Below, piece after piece: positions 1 through 9,713 of a stretch of 64,000 nucleotides of DNA. The notes below the pieces were generated by a model. It was not told the DNA's origin. It was given only the letters and a program-made list of their open reading frames with translations, and did no database searches. This DNA is from Devosia sp. (lineage in GTDB: Bacteria; Pseudomonadota; Alphaproteobacteria; Rhizobiales; Devosiaceae). The DNA lies in the NCBI RefSeq assembly GCF_017744655.1, contig NZ_JAGIAW010000011.1, positions 22,205-86,204 of the forward strand, in the 5' to 3' direction. The translations under genes were made by a program, and so were the position numbers. The first letter of the stretch is position 1. Every line of letters starts with the position of its first letter.

Positions 1-286
1 CACGCGCAAAAGGCGGCGGATCGGCCAAGGCCTCGGCACTGACTGCGTCCGGTCCCAGCGACACTTCGAAAGGCAGGCCCAGCACCGGGCAGAGCGGGGC
101 CGTGATCGGCGCCGTGCCGGCAAAGCATTTTGGGCAAAGCCCGACACCCTCGGTAATGGGCGTGCCGCAGGCGGCGCAAACTGGCGGATAGAGCTGATCG
201 AGCATCGCCGCGGCAAGCCGCCGCCCGCCCTGCAGTACCTTGCCCGAAAGGCCCCCGCCTTTGACTTCGCGCGCCCCGCTCTCCAT
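1..286 (-). CDS. ComF family (amidophosphoribosyltransferase-like) protein, N-terminal part; runs off the window start
   Basis: Reverse translation from ATG at 286-284 gives MESGAREV..LYPPVCAACGTPITEGVGLCPKCF..PLCPVLGLPFE..ADPPPFAR. This is the Cys-rich N-terminal region typical of ComF-type proteins. Not in the ORF track because no stop lies inside the window. Confidence 0.55.
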   Translation of the reverse strand, partial: MESGAREVKGGGLSGKVLQGGRRLAAAMLDQLYPPVCAACGTPITEGVGLCPKCFAGTAPITAPLCPVLGLPFEVSLGPDAVSAEALADPPPFAR

Positions 287-344
287 AAGAACCATAGTGC
301 TTCAAGGCCGCTTCATCGGCCAGTTGTTTTGAGAAGTTTCGGTT

Positions 345-1178
345 TTGTCTCAGCCGCCCCGCCTGTTCGATCCCGCCCAGCTCGCCCGCAACCTCAGGCG
401 GCGCCCCTCGCGCGACAATTTCGTACGCGATCTGGTCTTTGACGATCTGGCCGATCGACTCGGCGCCCATATGCGCAATTTCGCCGATGCGGTTCTCATA
501 GCCCCCGATGTCGACCTTTTGCCCCAACAGGTCGCCACGGCATCCGGTACGGTCAACTTCCACAAAGTGGAGGCCTTTGCCGGCGACGACGACTTTCCGG
601 ATCTTCCCGAAGGCAATTTCGATCTCATCGTCTCCCTGCTCCATCTCCAGGCCGTCAATGATGTGCCCGGCCACATGGCGCGCCTCCGCGCCCGGCTGCG
701 TCCAGATGGTCTCCTGCTGGTTGCCATGATCGGCGGCGAAAGTTTTTCGGAATTGCGCGAAGCCTTCCTCGCCGCCGACCTCGCTGTTGCCGGTGGTGCA
801 TCGGCCCGCGTCGCGCCCATGGCGCAGGTGCGCGATGCCGGAGCCCTGTTGCAGCGCGCGGGCTTTGCCCTGCCGGTGGCCGATGTCGAAACCCATCGCG
901 TCCGCTATGCCAATGCCTTTGCGCTGATGGCCGAATTGAAGGCACTGGGCGCAGCCAATCCGCTGACGGACCGGCCCCGGCGCTTCGCGACAAAAAGCCT
1001 GCTCACTCAGGCGGCGGCGGCGTACCAGGAGGCCTCTGCCGATGATGATGGCCGCGTGCGGGCAACGCTGGAAGTGATCTGGCTTGCCGGCTGGGTGCCG
1101 CATGAAAGCCAGCAGAAACCGTTGCGCCCCGGAAGTGCCAAGGTGAGCCTCGGCGATATTCTGAAGAAGAGCGAATGA
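345..1178 (+). CDS. Class I SAM-dependent methyltransferase
   Basis: Complete 277-codon ORF with G/C-rich third positions. Methyltransferase-like core (DLIVSLLHLQAVNDVPG, RPDGLLLVAMIGG). Divergent from comF. ATGA overlap with the next gene. Confidence 0.7.
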   Translation: MSQPPRLFDPAQLARNLRRRPSRDNFVRDLVFDDLADRLGAHMRNFADAVLIAPDVDLLPQQVATASGTVNFHKVEAFAGDDDFPDLPEGNFDLIVSLLHLQAVNDVPGHMARLRARLRPDGLLLVAMIGGESFSELREAFLAADLAVAGGASARVAPMAQVRDAGALLQRAGFALPVADVETHRVRYANAFALMAELKALGAANPLTDRPRRFATKSLLTQAAAAYQEASADDDGRVRATLEVIWLAGWVPHESQQKPLRPGSAKVSLGDILKKSE

Positions 1179-1714
1179 TGCTGGACCTCGCAGGGCACAT
1201 CGCCATTATTTCCGGCTCGCCCGGCTCGGGCAAAACCACCGCTGCCGACGCGCTGGCGCATTTGCCGGGCGTGCCAAAAGTGCATGTCCATTCCGACGAC
1301 TTCTGGGGCAATATCAAGCACGGCCATATCCCACCCTGGCTGCCGGAATCGGACGATCAGAACCGCATGGTCTGCCAGATCGCCGCCGATATTTCCGCCC
1401 GCTATGCGCGCCACGGCTACCTTGTCGCGCTTGATGGTGTGGTGCGCCCCTGGTGGCTACCGGCGTTCGAGGCTCTGGACCTGCCGCTCCATTATCTGGT
1501 GCTACGCCCGCCAGTCGAAGAGGCCATTGCCCGCTGCACGGCACGCGGTGGCGACAGCCTCACCGACCCAGCCGTCGTTGCTGATCTTCATGGTCAGTTC
1601 GCCGACCTCGGCACCTACGATGGGCATGTGCTCGACACGACGGGCCTTGATCGCAGCGGCACACTCGACGCCGTCATTGCAGCGCTCGATAGCGGGGCCT
1701 ATCGTCTCGTCTGA
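1175..1714 (+). CDS. P-loop NTPase / small kinase-like AAA protein
   Basis: Walker A motif GSPGSGKTT near the N-terminus; 179 aa. Translationally coupled (ATGA) to the upstream methyltransferase. Confidence 0.6.
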   Translation: MMLDLAGHIAIISGSPGSGKTTAADALAHLPGVPKVHVHSDDFWGNIKHGHIPPWLPESDDQNRMVCQIAADISARYARHGYLVALDGVVRPWWLPAFEALDLPLHYLVLRPPVEEAIARCTARGGDSLTDPAVVADLHGQFADLGTYDGHVLDTTGLDRSGTLDAVIAALDSGAYRLV

Positions 1715-1727
1715 CAGGGAGGCGAAA

Positions 1728-2120
1728 ATGAAAGAATGCAAGGTCATCCGGGGCAGCCTGAGCTTTCACGGCAAGCAGGGCATGGACTATTTTTCCGGCG
1801 TTTCGGCCGAGAGCGCCGGGTCCACCGGCATTTGCCTCCACATGCTTGTGCTGCCGCCCGGCGGCAAGGCCAAGCCGCATTTTCACGAGAACCACGAGAC
1901 CGCTATCTACCAGCTTGAAGGCTCGACCTCGTTCTATCACGGGCCCAATCTCGAATTTCTCGATGAAGTCCATCAGGGCGACTATGTCTACATCCCAGCC
2001 GGCGTGCCGCATCAGCCGTTCAACCCGACCGATAGCATAGCCCGCGCCCTGATCGCGCGCACCGACCCCAACGAGCAGGAAAGCGTCGTGCTGCTTCCCG
2101 AGAGCGCCAGCCGTTTGTAG
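1728..2120 (+). CDS. Cupin domain protein
   Basis: Cupin motifs PHFHENHETAIYQLEG and GDYVYIPAGVPHQPFN. AGGGAGG Shine-Dalgarno just upstream of ATG 1728. The longer 1284 start overlaps the previous gene in another frame. Confidence 0.7.
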   Translation: MKECKVIRGSLSFHGKQGMDYFSGVSAESAGSTGICLHMLVLPPGGKAKPHFHENHETAIYQLEGSTSFYHGPNLEFLDEVHQGDYVYIPAGVPHQPFNPTDSIARALIARTDPNEQESVVLLPESASRL

Positions 2121-2241
2121 TCCGGGCGCGGCGCTTACCGAAAATTATCCAACTCATCTTAAAACTGGACGGAAAGCCCAAAGGGCGTTCGGGAGGAACT
2201 GAGATTTTTAGCGGTCCGCAGAATGCGGCCACAGGAACCCC

Positions 2242-4242
2242 ATGTCCCTCAAGCATATGCCTATTCTCCAGAAATTCCTGCTGACCATCGTGGTCATGGC
2301 TGCCGCAGCCGTGATTCTCGGCACGGTGAGCTGGCGCGAAATCACCAGTCTCAAGGACACCATGCTGACCGTCGGCGCCAAGGAAGAGGCGGCGCGCGAG
2401 GCCATGGACCTGCGCATGGACATCATCGCCATCTCACGTATGACCTATCAGCTCGCCATGGCGCCGGAGCGCTCGGCTGATTTCGTCGCCGAAGCCGCCC
2501 GCCGCAGCGAAGAAATGCTCGGCCGCTTCCCCAAGATCGAAGCTGCGGCCGACGCCAAGGAAATGCAGCTCCTTGCCGATATCAAGCCGGTCATGACGGC
2601 CTACTTCGACAAGATCGACGCCATGCTGGCGGTCACCCCGAGCGGCGACATGACCCGCATTCGCGCCGCACTCGATGATGCACTGGCGTCCCAAAAAGTC
2701 GTGACCGACACGGTAAAACTCTACAGCACCTATTCGAGTGAGCTGATGGCTTCCATGCGCGCCGAGGCCGAGGCCCGCGCCAATACCGCCCTCATGGTCG
2801 TCATCGCGACTGCCACAACCGGCATCCTGCTTGGTCTCATTCTCTCGATCCTGATCGGCCGCCGCGCCATCGTCGCTCCGGTCCGCGCCCTCACCGAGAA
2901 GATGGAACTGCTCGCCGACGGCCAGCTCGACATTACTGTCGAGGAAGCCAGCCGTCGCGACGAAATCGGCAATATGGGCCGGGCCGTCGAAATTTTCCGC
3001 GAAAATGCCCGCCAGATCGCCGCGCTCAGCGCCGAGGAAGCCGAGCGCGCCCGCGCCCTCGTTACCCGCGCCGAAGTCATGGACCGCATGGCGACCGAAG
3101 TGCACACCGTGGTGGAAGCCGCCAGCCGCGGCGACTTCACCTATCGCGTCTCCGGCAATTTCGGAGATGAAGGGCTCAATGCCATCGCTTCGAGCCTCAA
3201 TGGTCTCGTCGAAACCGTGGATCGCGGTCTCAACGAAAGCGGCGAAGTGCTCTCAGCCCTGGCCGACGCCAACCTCAACAAGCGCGTCGAGGGCCATTAT
3301 GAAGGCGCCTTCGCCCGCCTCAAGACCAATACCAATGCCGTGGGCGATCGCCTGACCGAAATCGTCGGCCGCCTGCGCAACACCTCCCGCGCACTGAAGA
3401 CAGCGACCGGCGAAATCCTCTCCGGCACCAATGACCTTGCCGAGCGCACCACCCGCTAGGCCGCAACGATCGAAGAAACCTCCGCCGCCATGGAGCAGCT
3501 CGCGTCCACCGTGCAGCAGAATGCCGAGCGCGCCCACGAGGCCAGCAAGGCTTCCGGCGCCCTGACCGTCGCTGCCGAAGAAGGCGGCGCAGTGATGAGC
3601 GACACGACGGCCGCCATGGAGCGCATCTCGTCCTCGTCGGCCAGCATTTCCAACATCATCGGGCTGATCGACGACATTGCCTTCCAGACCAACCTCTTGG
3701 CGCTCAACGCTTCGGTGGAAGCAGCGCGGGCGGGCGAGGCCGGCAAGGGTTTTGCCGTGGTCGCCGTGGAAGTGCGCCGCCTCGCACAGTCGACCGCGGA
3801 AGCCTCGCGCGATGTGAAAAACCTCGTCGAGCAGAGTGGTCGCGAAGTTGCCAGTGGTTCGCAACTCGTCATCGAGGCGGCAAAGAAACTCAATATGATG
3901 CTCGACATGGCGCGTTCCAGCAATTCGCTGATGGACGGCATTGCCCGCGACAGCCGCGAACAGGCTTCCGCCATCGACGAAGTCGCCGTCGCCGTCCGCC
4001 AGATGGACGAAATGACCCAGCACAATGCGGCGCTGGTTGAAGAAACCAATGCTGCCATCGAACAGACCGAAGGCCAGGCGAGCGAACTCGATAGCGTGGT
4101 CGAAATCTTCAGGCTCGATGGTGGCTCGGCCACGCGCCCAACCGCCCCGCGGACTAAACCCGCTGCCCCTGCAAAGCCTGCGACGGCCCGCTATCTGTCT
4201 CAAGGCAATGCGGCCATCTCGGCAGACTGGAGCGAGTTCTAG
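2242..4242 (+). pseudogene. Methyl-accepting chemotaxis protein (four-helix-bundle-type sensor, HAMP, MA domain) interrupted by an in-frame TAG at 3457-3459
   Basis: ORFs 2242-3459 and 3490-4242 are in the same frame. The junction reads [21 protein letters not shown]. All six paralogs in this window have Q at the stop position. Two TM segments, HAMP (DEIGNMGRAVEIF), the signalling hairpin [37 protein letters not shown] and a C-terminal DWSEF are present. Confidence 0.8.
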
Positions 4243-4326
4243 GCTCAGGCGCCTGCCATCGCCCCCTCCCAACCTCCCCCATCAAGGGGGGGTGTCGGGC
4301 CGGTGGGTAAGATAGAACCCCAAAAC

Positions 4327-4356
4327 AAAAAAGGCCGGCATCGCTGCCGGCCTTTT
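4327..4356. terminator. Bidirectional rho-independent terminator between the convergent MCP and carD genes
   Basis: GGCCGGCA-tcgc-TGCCGGCC stem-loop (4333-4352) flanked by an A-run upstream and a T-run downstream. Confidence 0.75.
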
Positions 4357-4379
4357 GCATTCTCGTTGGACGAAACCGC

Positions 4380-4946
4380 TTATGCAGCTTCCTCGTCGTT
4401 TTCCGATTCAGCGGCATCCGCCTTGGTGCGCTTCGGGCTCTTGGCGAGCTGCTTTTCGATGAGCTGCACGGCTTCGGTCAGCGTCAGCTTGTTGACTGCG
4501 CTGATTTCGCGGCTCATGCGGTCCATGGCCTGCTCAAAGAGCTGGCGTTCGGAATAGGACTGCTCGGGCTGGTCGTCGGAGCGATAGAGATCGCGCACGA
4601 CTTCGGAAATGGCGATCAGGTCGCCCGAATTGATCTTCGCTTCATATTCCTGGGCGCGGCGCGACCACATGGTGCGCTTGACGCGAGCCCGGCCCGTGAC
4701 GGTTTCGAGGGCCTTCTTGACTTCGTCTTCTTCGGCCAGCTTGCGCATGCCGACGGACTTGATCTTGGCAACGGGAACGCGAAGGGTCAGCTTGTCCTGC
4801 TCGAAGCTGATGACGAACAGTTCGAGAGTGAGGCCAGCGACCTCTTGCTCTTCGATGTTCACGATCAGACCGACGCCATGGGCCGGATAGACGACATACT
4901 CACCCGTCTTGAAACCGAGCCGCTGCTGAGACTTCTTGGCTACCAT
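4380..4946 (-). CDS. carD: CarD family (CdnL-like) transcriptional regulator
   Basis: N-terminus FKTGEYVVYPAHGVGLIVNIEEQEVAGLTLELFVISF..KLTLRVPV is the typical CarD/TRCF RNAP-interacting domain. Sits in the conserved fdxA-carD neighbourhood. Confidence 0.9.
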   Translation of the reverse strand: MVAKKSQQRLGFKTGEYVVYPAHGVGLIVNIEEQEVAGLTLELFVISFEQDKLTLRVPVAKIKSVGMRKLAEEDEVKKALETVTGRARVKRTMWSRRAQEYEAKINSGDLIAISEVVRDLYRSDDQPEQSYSERQLFEQAMDRMSREISAVNKLTLTEAVQLIEKQLAKSPKRTKADAAESENDEEAA

Positions 4947-5111
4947 ATGCTGGAACTCCTTGTTGACGCCCCAAAATGAGCAGTTCCTTGCGGGAAGGAC
5001 TGGTCATCCACACTACTTCGCCCGTTCATACGGGCTCTTTTACAGTACGAGCACCCACGGTCTTCGGTTCCGCTTTGTTCCGAAGCGCCATGCAACAGGG
5101 AATGTTGTGTC

Positions 5112-5135
5112 AAAAAAATCGTGCCTTGCGGCACG
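5112..5135 (-). terminator. Rho-independent terminator downstream of fdxA
   Basis: On the minus strand, CGTGCC-gcaa-GGCACG is followed by ATTTTTTTG. Confidence 0.7.
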
Positions 5136-5314
5136 GTCTGGATGAAGGGCTGAACTGCATTTAGAAGGACCATAGCACAAAAATTCAGCAAAATCAAAAG
5201 GAACGAATCGCCTCCGCGACTCGTCCCTCCCGCGTCATCGACTGCCCATGACAGCTCAATGACAAATCCTTGCAAATGCTTAACTTCTCGACGCCAGTAG
5301 AAGCGCCCGACCAA

Positions 5315-5653
5315 TCAGTCGCCTTCGCCGGGGGCTTCGGAAAAATACTTTTCGAGCTTGCCGGTCTCGCCATCACGTTCTTTTGCCTCTGGCAAGGCAT
5401 CGCGGCGCTCGGTCAGATTGGGCCAGGCGGCGGCATATTTGCGGTTGAGTTCGAGCCAATTGTCGAGGCCGCTTTCCGTGTCGGGCCGGATGGCCTCGGC
5501 GGGGCATTCGGGCTCGCAGACGCCGCAATCGATACATTCATCGGGATGAATGACCAGCATGTTCTCGCCTTCGTAGAAACAGTCCACCGGACACACTTCC
5601 ACGCAGTCCGTATATTTGCAGGCGATGCAATTATCAGTGACGATATAGGTCAT
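5315..5653 (-). CDS. fdxA: 7Fe-type ferredoxin
   Basis: [45 protein letters not shown] shows the canonical [3Fe-4S][4Fe-4S] ferredoxin Cys pattern. Confidence 0.9.
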   Translation of the reverse strand: MTYIVTDNCIACKYTDCVEVCPVDCFYEGENMLVIHPDECIDCGVCEPECPAEAIRPDTESGLDNWLELNRKYAAAWPNLTERRDALPEAKERDGETGKLEKYFSEAPGEGD

Positions 5654-5803
5654 AGAGAGGGCAGTCCTTGGCGGTCGCCGCGGCCCGGGGGCTGGCTTGG
5701 CGGCAGTCTCAACGGGTTTGGTGCTAAACTCTTTTCAGTTTTCGGGCAAGGCGCTAGCGCGGGACGGATTGGCGCAATTTCAGGCTGTGCTGAAAATGTG
5801 TGC

Positions 5804-6208
5804 CTAGTCGCCTTCGTCCTTGAGCGCGTCGGTCTCGCGGCGCTCTTTCTTGGTCGGCCTGCCGGCGCCCGCAGGACGCTCGGCAATGGCTGCCTCATAG
5901 GGCGAGCGCTCGGCCTTTGGCAGCGATGGCGGCGAAATGTCTTCGTAGAGACCCTGCGCTTCGCTCGCGGGCCCGCGTCGCGTCCCCGCATCGAGAATGC
6001 GCCAGACCAGAATCCGGCCATGCAGCGACATGGTCAGCACATCGCCTGCGCCAACCTTATGGTCGGTACGGTCCGTCCGTTCGGAATTGACCCGAACGGC
6101 ACCAGTTTCGATGAGTTTTTGCGCCAAAGTGCGCGATTTGACGGCGCGCGAGAAGAACAGGAACCGGTCGAGCCGCTCCTTGTGGAGCGTTTCTCCCGGC
6201 CCTGCCAA
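5804..6208 (-). CDS. RNA-binding S4 domain protein (Hsp15/HslR-like)
   Basis: RLDRFLFFSRAVKSRTLAQKLIETGAVRVN is an S4 domain signature. 134 aa with a basic C-terminus. Confidence 0.75.
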   Translation of the reverse strand: MAGPGETLHKERLDRFLFFSRAVKSRTLAQKLIETGAVRVNSERTDRTDHKVGAGDVLTMSLHGRILVWRILDAGTRRGPASEAQGLYEDISPPSLPKAERSPYEAAIAERPAGAGRPTKKERRETDALKDEGD

Positions 6209-6210
6209 TC

Positions 6211-9200
6211 TTACTCCGACTTGCCGCGCAGGGCGGCAAGGGCTGCGAACGGGCTATCGGGATCGAAAGCCACCTTGCGCTCTTCGCGGGGCGGGCGGCG
6301 ATCGCCACGATCGGGGCGCTCGTTCTTGTTGTCCGGACGCGGACGCTCTTCATTGCGCGGGCGCGTATTGGCCGGACGTGTATTCCCGGCGGGACGAGCC
6401 GAAGCCGCTTCGCCTTCGGGACGACGCGGGCCCTTGGGACGCGAGCGATCCGGACGGCCACGACCTTCGGTCTTGGCTTCGCCACCCTCGGCGCCTTCCG
6501 GGCGGCGATTGCCCTGCCGACGACCATTATGGTTGTTCTCGTTGTGACGACGGCCACCCGGGAACCAGATCTCGTCGAATTCCGGCTCGGCCGGCACCGT
6601 GGCTTCAGCGGCCTTGGTCTCATCGACCACACCTTCGGCGACAGCCGGAGCTTCCGCTTCAGCAGCAACCTCGGCAACAGCTTCGTCGACCGGCGCCTCC
6701 TCGGTCGGAGCATCGACCTCAGCAGATTTGTCAGCCAGAGCCGCCTCGAGCGCCGGCGCTTCAGCGCTGGCCTCGGCCGCCGGAGCGGCAACCTTGGGGG
6801 TACGGCGCACGCGATAGCCCAGGGACGACAGGATCGAAGCGAAATCTTCGCCCGAACAGCCAAGGAGGCTCGTCATCTCGACGGTGACGCGGAAACCATT
6901 GCCTTCGGCAGCGCCCGCCGGCGGCTCGCCCTGGAAACGGGTCGGATCGATGGCGATCAGCGGCCGAATGATATCGGCAAGACGTTCCAAGATATCGACG
7001 CGCACGGCACGCTTGCCGGCAACCTTGAAGCCGGCGATCTCATAGAGACGCGGGTCGACTTCGGGATCGACGAGGAAGGACGTGCGGCCCGAGAGCACGA
7101 TATGCGGAATATCGGTGACGCCGGGCTGGCGGATGCCGCCATTGCGCAAGGCGAAGAGGATGAGGGCCAGTTCGCGCGGCGCCGGCTTCAAAGAAAGCGG
7201 AACATAGATGTGATAGGCACCGAACTTGATGCCAAGCTTGCGCATCTTGCCGCGCACGTCCTGGTCGAGATTCTTGACCTCATCGGAAACCTGTCCGCGG
7301 GGCAAAAGACCCAGATGTTCGAAGAGCTGGAAGGCGATACCGCGCGCCGCGCCCTCGACATCGGCCGGGGCTTCGAGCGCCATGACCTGTTCGAGCGTCG
7401 TGTTGACGTGATGGCGCAGCCAGAGTGCCAGACGATCCTGCACACGTTCGAGGTCGACACCGGTCAGCGATTCGTCGGCGAGGATGATGATGCGCGGCCG
7501 ATAGAGGCTATCGCCTTCGGCAAGTTCGGCAACCACATCGCCGCGCCAGCGCAGACGACCATCGGTTGCAAGAACGAATTCCTCATTGGGCGCGCCGGCG
7601 AGGCGATCGGCGCGATTGCGGATCTCCGGCGCCACGACCTGGTCCGCTGCAGTGCGGGTGCCCTTGGCGTCTAGCTCTCCATCGGAGCGCGCCAGGGTGA
7701 AGCGGAAGCCTTCGAGCGTGCCGAGAAGGTGGCCTTCCAGCCTTACTTCGCCGCGCTCATTGATCTCGGGAGATACCATACGTTTGTCTTTCAGGTGGCG
7801 GAGCAGCACGCTGGTGCGCCGGTCGACGAATCTCTGGGTGAGACGCTCATGGAGGGCATCACTCAGGCGATCTTCAATCTCACGGGTCTTTTCGCGCCAA
7901 TAGTGTGGGTCTGCAAGCCAGTTTTTGCGGTTGGCGACGAAGGTCCAGGTCCGGATCTGCTTGATCCGGTGACTGAGCGTTTCAATGTCACCTTCCGCAT
8001 TGTCGCAAAAGCGAACCTGCTCGGCAATCCAATCAGTATTGACGGATACATTTTGCCTCAAATCCGAAAAGATCCGGGTGACGATCTCGCCATGCGCCGC
8101 CGGCGATATCCCCTGGTAGTCGGGAATCCCGCAGCATTCCCAGAGCAGTTTGACCGCTTCGTGGCCGCGGGCGAGTCCCGCAGCCTCATTTCGCGATAAA
8201 AATTCCAGCGCCAATTGGTCGGTCGCGATGGGCACCCGGGTCAGGGTCTTGTCTTCGGGAGACTTTTCAAGGCTTGAGCGCAGCCGGTCGATGGACGAGA
8301 AATCCAGCACGGAATTGCGCCATTGCAACACTTTGACCGGCTCGAAGTCGTGCGTTTCGAGTTGCACGACCAGTTCTTCGTCAAAACCTTCGGTGCCGCC
8401 GGTGACCCCAAAGCTGCCATTGCGCTTGTGCCGCCCGGCGCGGCCGGCGATCTGGCCGATCTCGGCGGGCGTCAGCGGCCGGCTCTGGCGGCCATCGAAC
8501 TTGGTATCGTCGGCAAAGGCGACGTGATGAATATCGAGATTGAGCCCCATGCCGATGGCATCGGTGGCAACGAGAAAATCGACATCGCCATTCTGGTAAA
8601 GTTCCACCTGGGCGTTGCGCGTGCGCGGGCTGAGTGCGCCCATCACCACCGCGGCGCCACCCCGCTCGCGGCGGATCAATTCGGCAATGGCATAGACCTG
8701 CCGGGCCGAGAAGGCGACGATGGCGCTGCGGCTGGGCTGGCGCGAAATCTTCTTGGAACCGGCATAGGTCAGCTGTGAAAAGCGCGGCCGCTCGATGATT
8801 TCTGCGTGGGGCAGGAGCTTTCGGATGACATTGGCCATCGTCCCTGAGCCGAGCAGCAAGGTCTCATGGAAACCGCGCGCCTTGAGGATGCGATCGGTAA
8901 AGACGTGACCACGATCGAAGTCGGTCGCGGTCTGGATTTCGTCGACCGCGACGCAGTCGACATGGATATCCATCGGCATGGCTTCGACCGTCGCCACCCA
9001 GTAGCGCGGCTTTGGCGGCACGATGCGCTCTTCACCCGTTACCAAGGCAACGGCCTGTTCGCCGACGCGCTCGACCACTCGTGCATAGACTTCGCGCGCG
9101 AGAAGCCGCAGCGGCAGGCCGATCATCCCGGTGGGATGGGCCAGCATACGCTCGATGGCGTAATGGGTCTTGCCGGTATTGGTCGGCCCAAGGATGGCCT

Positions 9201-9228
9201 TGACCGACTGGGAGGAGAAAGAAGTCAT
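6211..9228 (-). CDS. ATP-dependent helicase (superfamily 2, SUV3/helicase-related) with a long low-complexity C-terminal tail
   Basis: Walker A GPTNTGKTH about 15 aa after the ATG at 9228, then DEIQ and helicase C motifs (GMGLNLDI, QIAGRAGR). The track ORF extends to 9798, but that extension has no helicase-like sequence. Confidence 0.8.
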   Translation of the reverse strand: MTSFSSQSVKAILGPTNTGKTHYAIERMLAHPTGMIGLPLRLLAREVYARVVERVGEQAVALVTGEERIVPPKPRYWVATVEAMPMDIHVDCVAVDEIQTATDFDRGHVFTDRILKARGFHETLLLGSGTMANVIRKLLPHAEIIERPRFSQLTYAGSKKISRQPSRSAIVAFSARQVYAIAELIRRERGGAAVVMGALSPRTRNAQVELYQNGDVDFLVATDAIGMGLNLDIHHVAFADDTKFDGRQSRPLTPAEIGQIAGRAGRHKRNGSFGVTGGTEGFDEELVVQLETHDFEPVKVLQWRNSVLDFSSIDRLRSSLEKSPEDKTLTRVPIATDQLALEFLSRNEAAGLARGHEAVKLLWECCGIPDYQGISPAAHGEIVTRIFSDLRQNVSVNTDWIAEQVRFCDNAEGDIETLSHRIKQIRTWTFVANRKNWLADPHYWREKTREIEDRLSDALHERLTQRFVDRRTSVLLRHLKDKRMVSPEINERGEVRLEGHLLGTLEGFRFTLARSDGELDAKGTRTAADQVVAPEIRNRADRLAGAPNEEFVLATDGRLRWRGDVVAELAEGDSLYRPRIIILADESLTGVDLERVQDRLALWLRHHVNTTLEQVMALEAPADVEGAARGIAFQLFEHLGLLPRGQVSDEVKNLDQDVRGKMRKLGIKFGAYHIYVPLSLKPAPRELALILFALRNGGIRQPGVTDIPHIVLSGRTSFLVDPEVDPRLYEIAGFKVAGKRAVRVDILERLADIIRPLIAIDPTRFQGEPPAGAAEGNGFRVTVEMTSLLGCSGEDFASILSSLGYRVRRTPKVAAPAAEASAEAPALEAALADKSAEVDAPTEEAPVDEAVAEVAAEAEAPAVAEGVVDETKAAEATVPAEPEFDEIWFPGGRRHNENNHNGRRQGNRRPEGAEGGEAKTEGRGRPDRSRPKGPRRPEGEAASARPAGNTRPANTRPRNEERPRPDNKNERPDRGDRRPPREERKVAFDPDSPFAALAALRGKSE

Positions 9229-9342
9229 CGCCCCTCTATTTAGGGTGCCGAACCTGCCATGGCGAGGGGCGAGAACATTTGTCCCACGAAAGCACGCCTT
9301 TTTGTGACACTGTTCGCTGCTTTTAAGATTTGGAACGGAGAT

Positions 9343-9411
9343 AGAACGAACAGGGACAGAATCGGTTTCGACTCTGAATCCGGGTTTGTTCACGGCGATA
9401 TCTAGTGGGCC
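9343..9411. repeat. Copy A of a ~70-nt intergenic repeat
   Basis: AGAACGAACAGGGACAGAATC..GGGTTTGTTCAC..TAGTGGG aligns with copy B at 10101-10170. The first 21 nt differ at one position. Confidence 0.7.
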
Positions 9412-9713
9412 AACAAGGGGAAAAGCCACTACCATCGTCACATCGGCGTCACGCTTGACCGAAGGGCGGCAAATCCCGTTCAGTTTCGTTAGAAAACCAT
9501 GAAAATCGAGTGATTCCAGCTCCTTACGAACGAAAAATGAAAACGTCGTATCGGAAATTTTCTTTGCCGTTAGCACTTGAGCCCAGCTCCGCTGCGGCTC
9601 CCGGGCAAGATCTTCATACTTTTCCGTTTGACGTCCCAGCTTGGGTCGGCTGCTGACAGGGATCGTCAGCGGGCCGGGGATAGAACCACCTCCCAACACT
9701 TGTGAGGTTTTCC

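Noticed and set aside
3490-4242. Independent 250-aa gene encoding only an MCP signalling domain
   Set aside because: It is in the same frame as 2242-3459, separated by one TAG at a conserved Gln codon, and has no convincing RBS before ATG 3490. It is treated as the distal part of a disrupted receptor gene.
5270-6887. Long plus-strand ORFs 5270-6547 and 5997-6887
   Set aside because: They are antisense to the recognisable fdxA, S4-domain and helicase genes. Their translations are Arg/Gly/Pro-rich nonsense typical of high-GC shadow frames.
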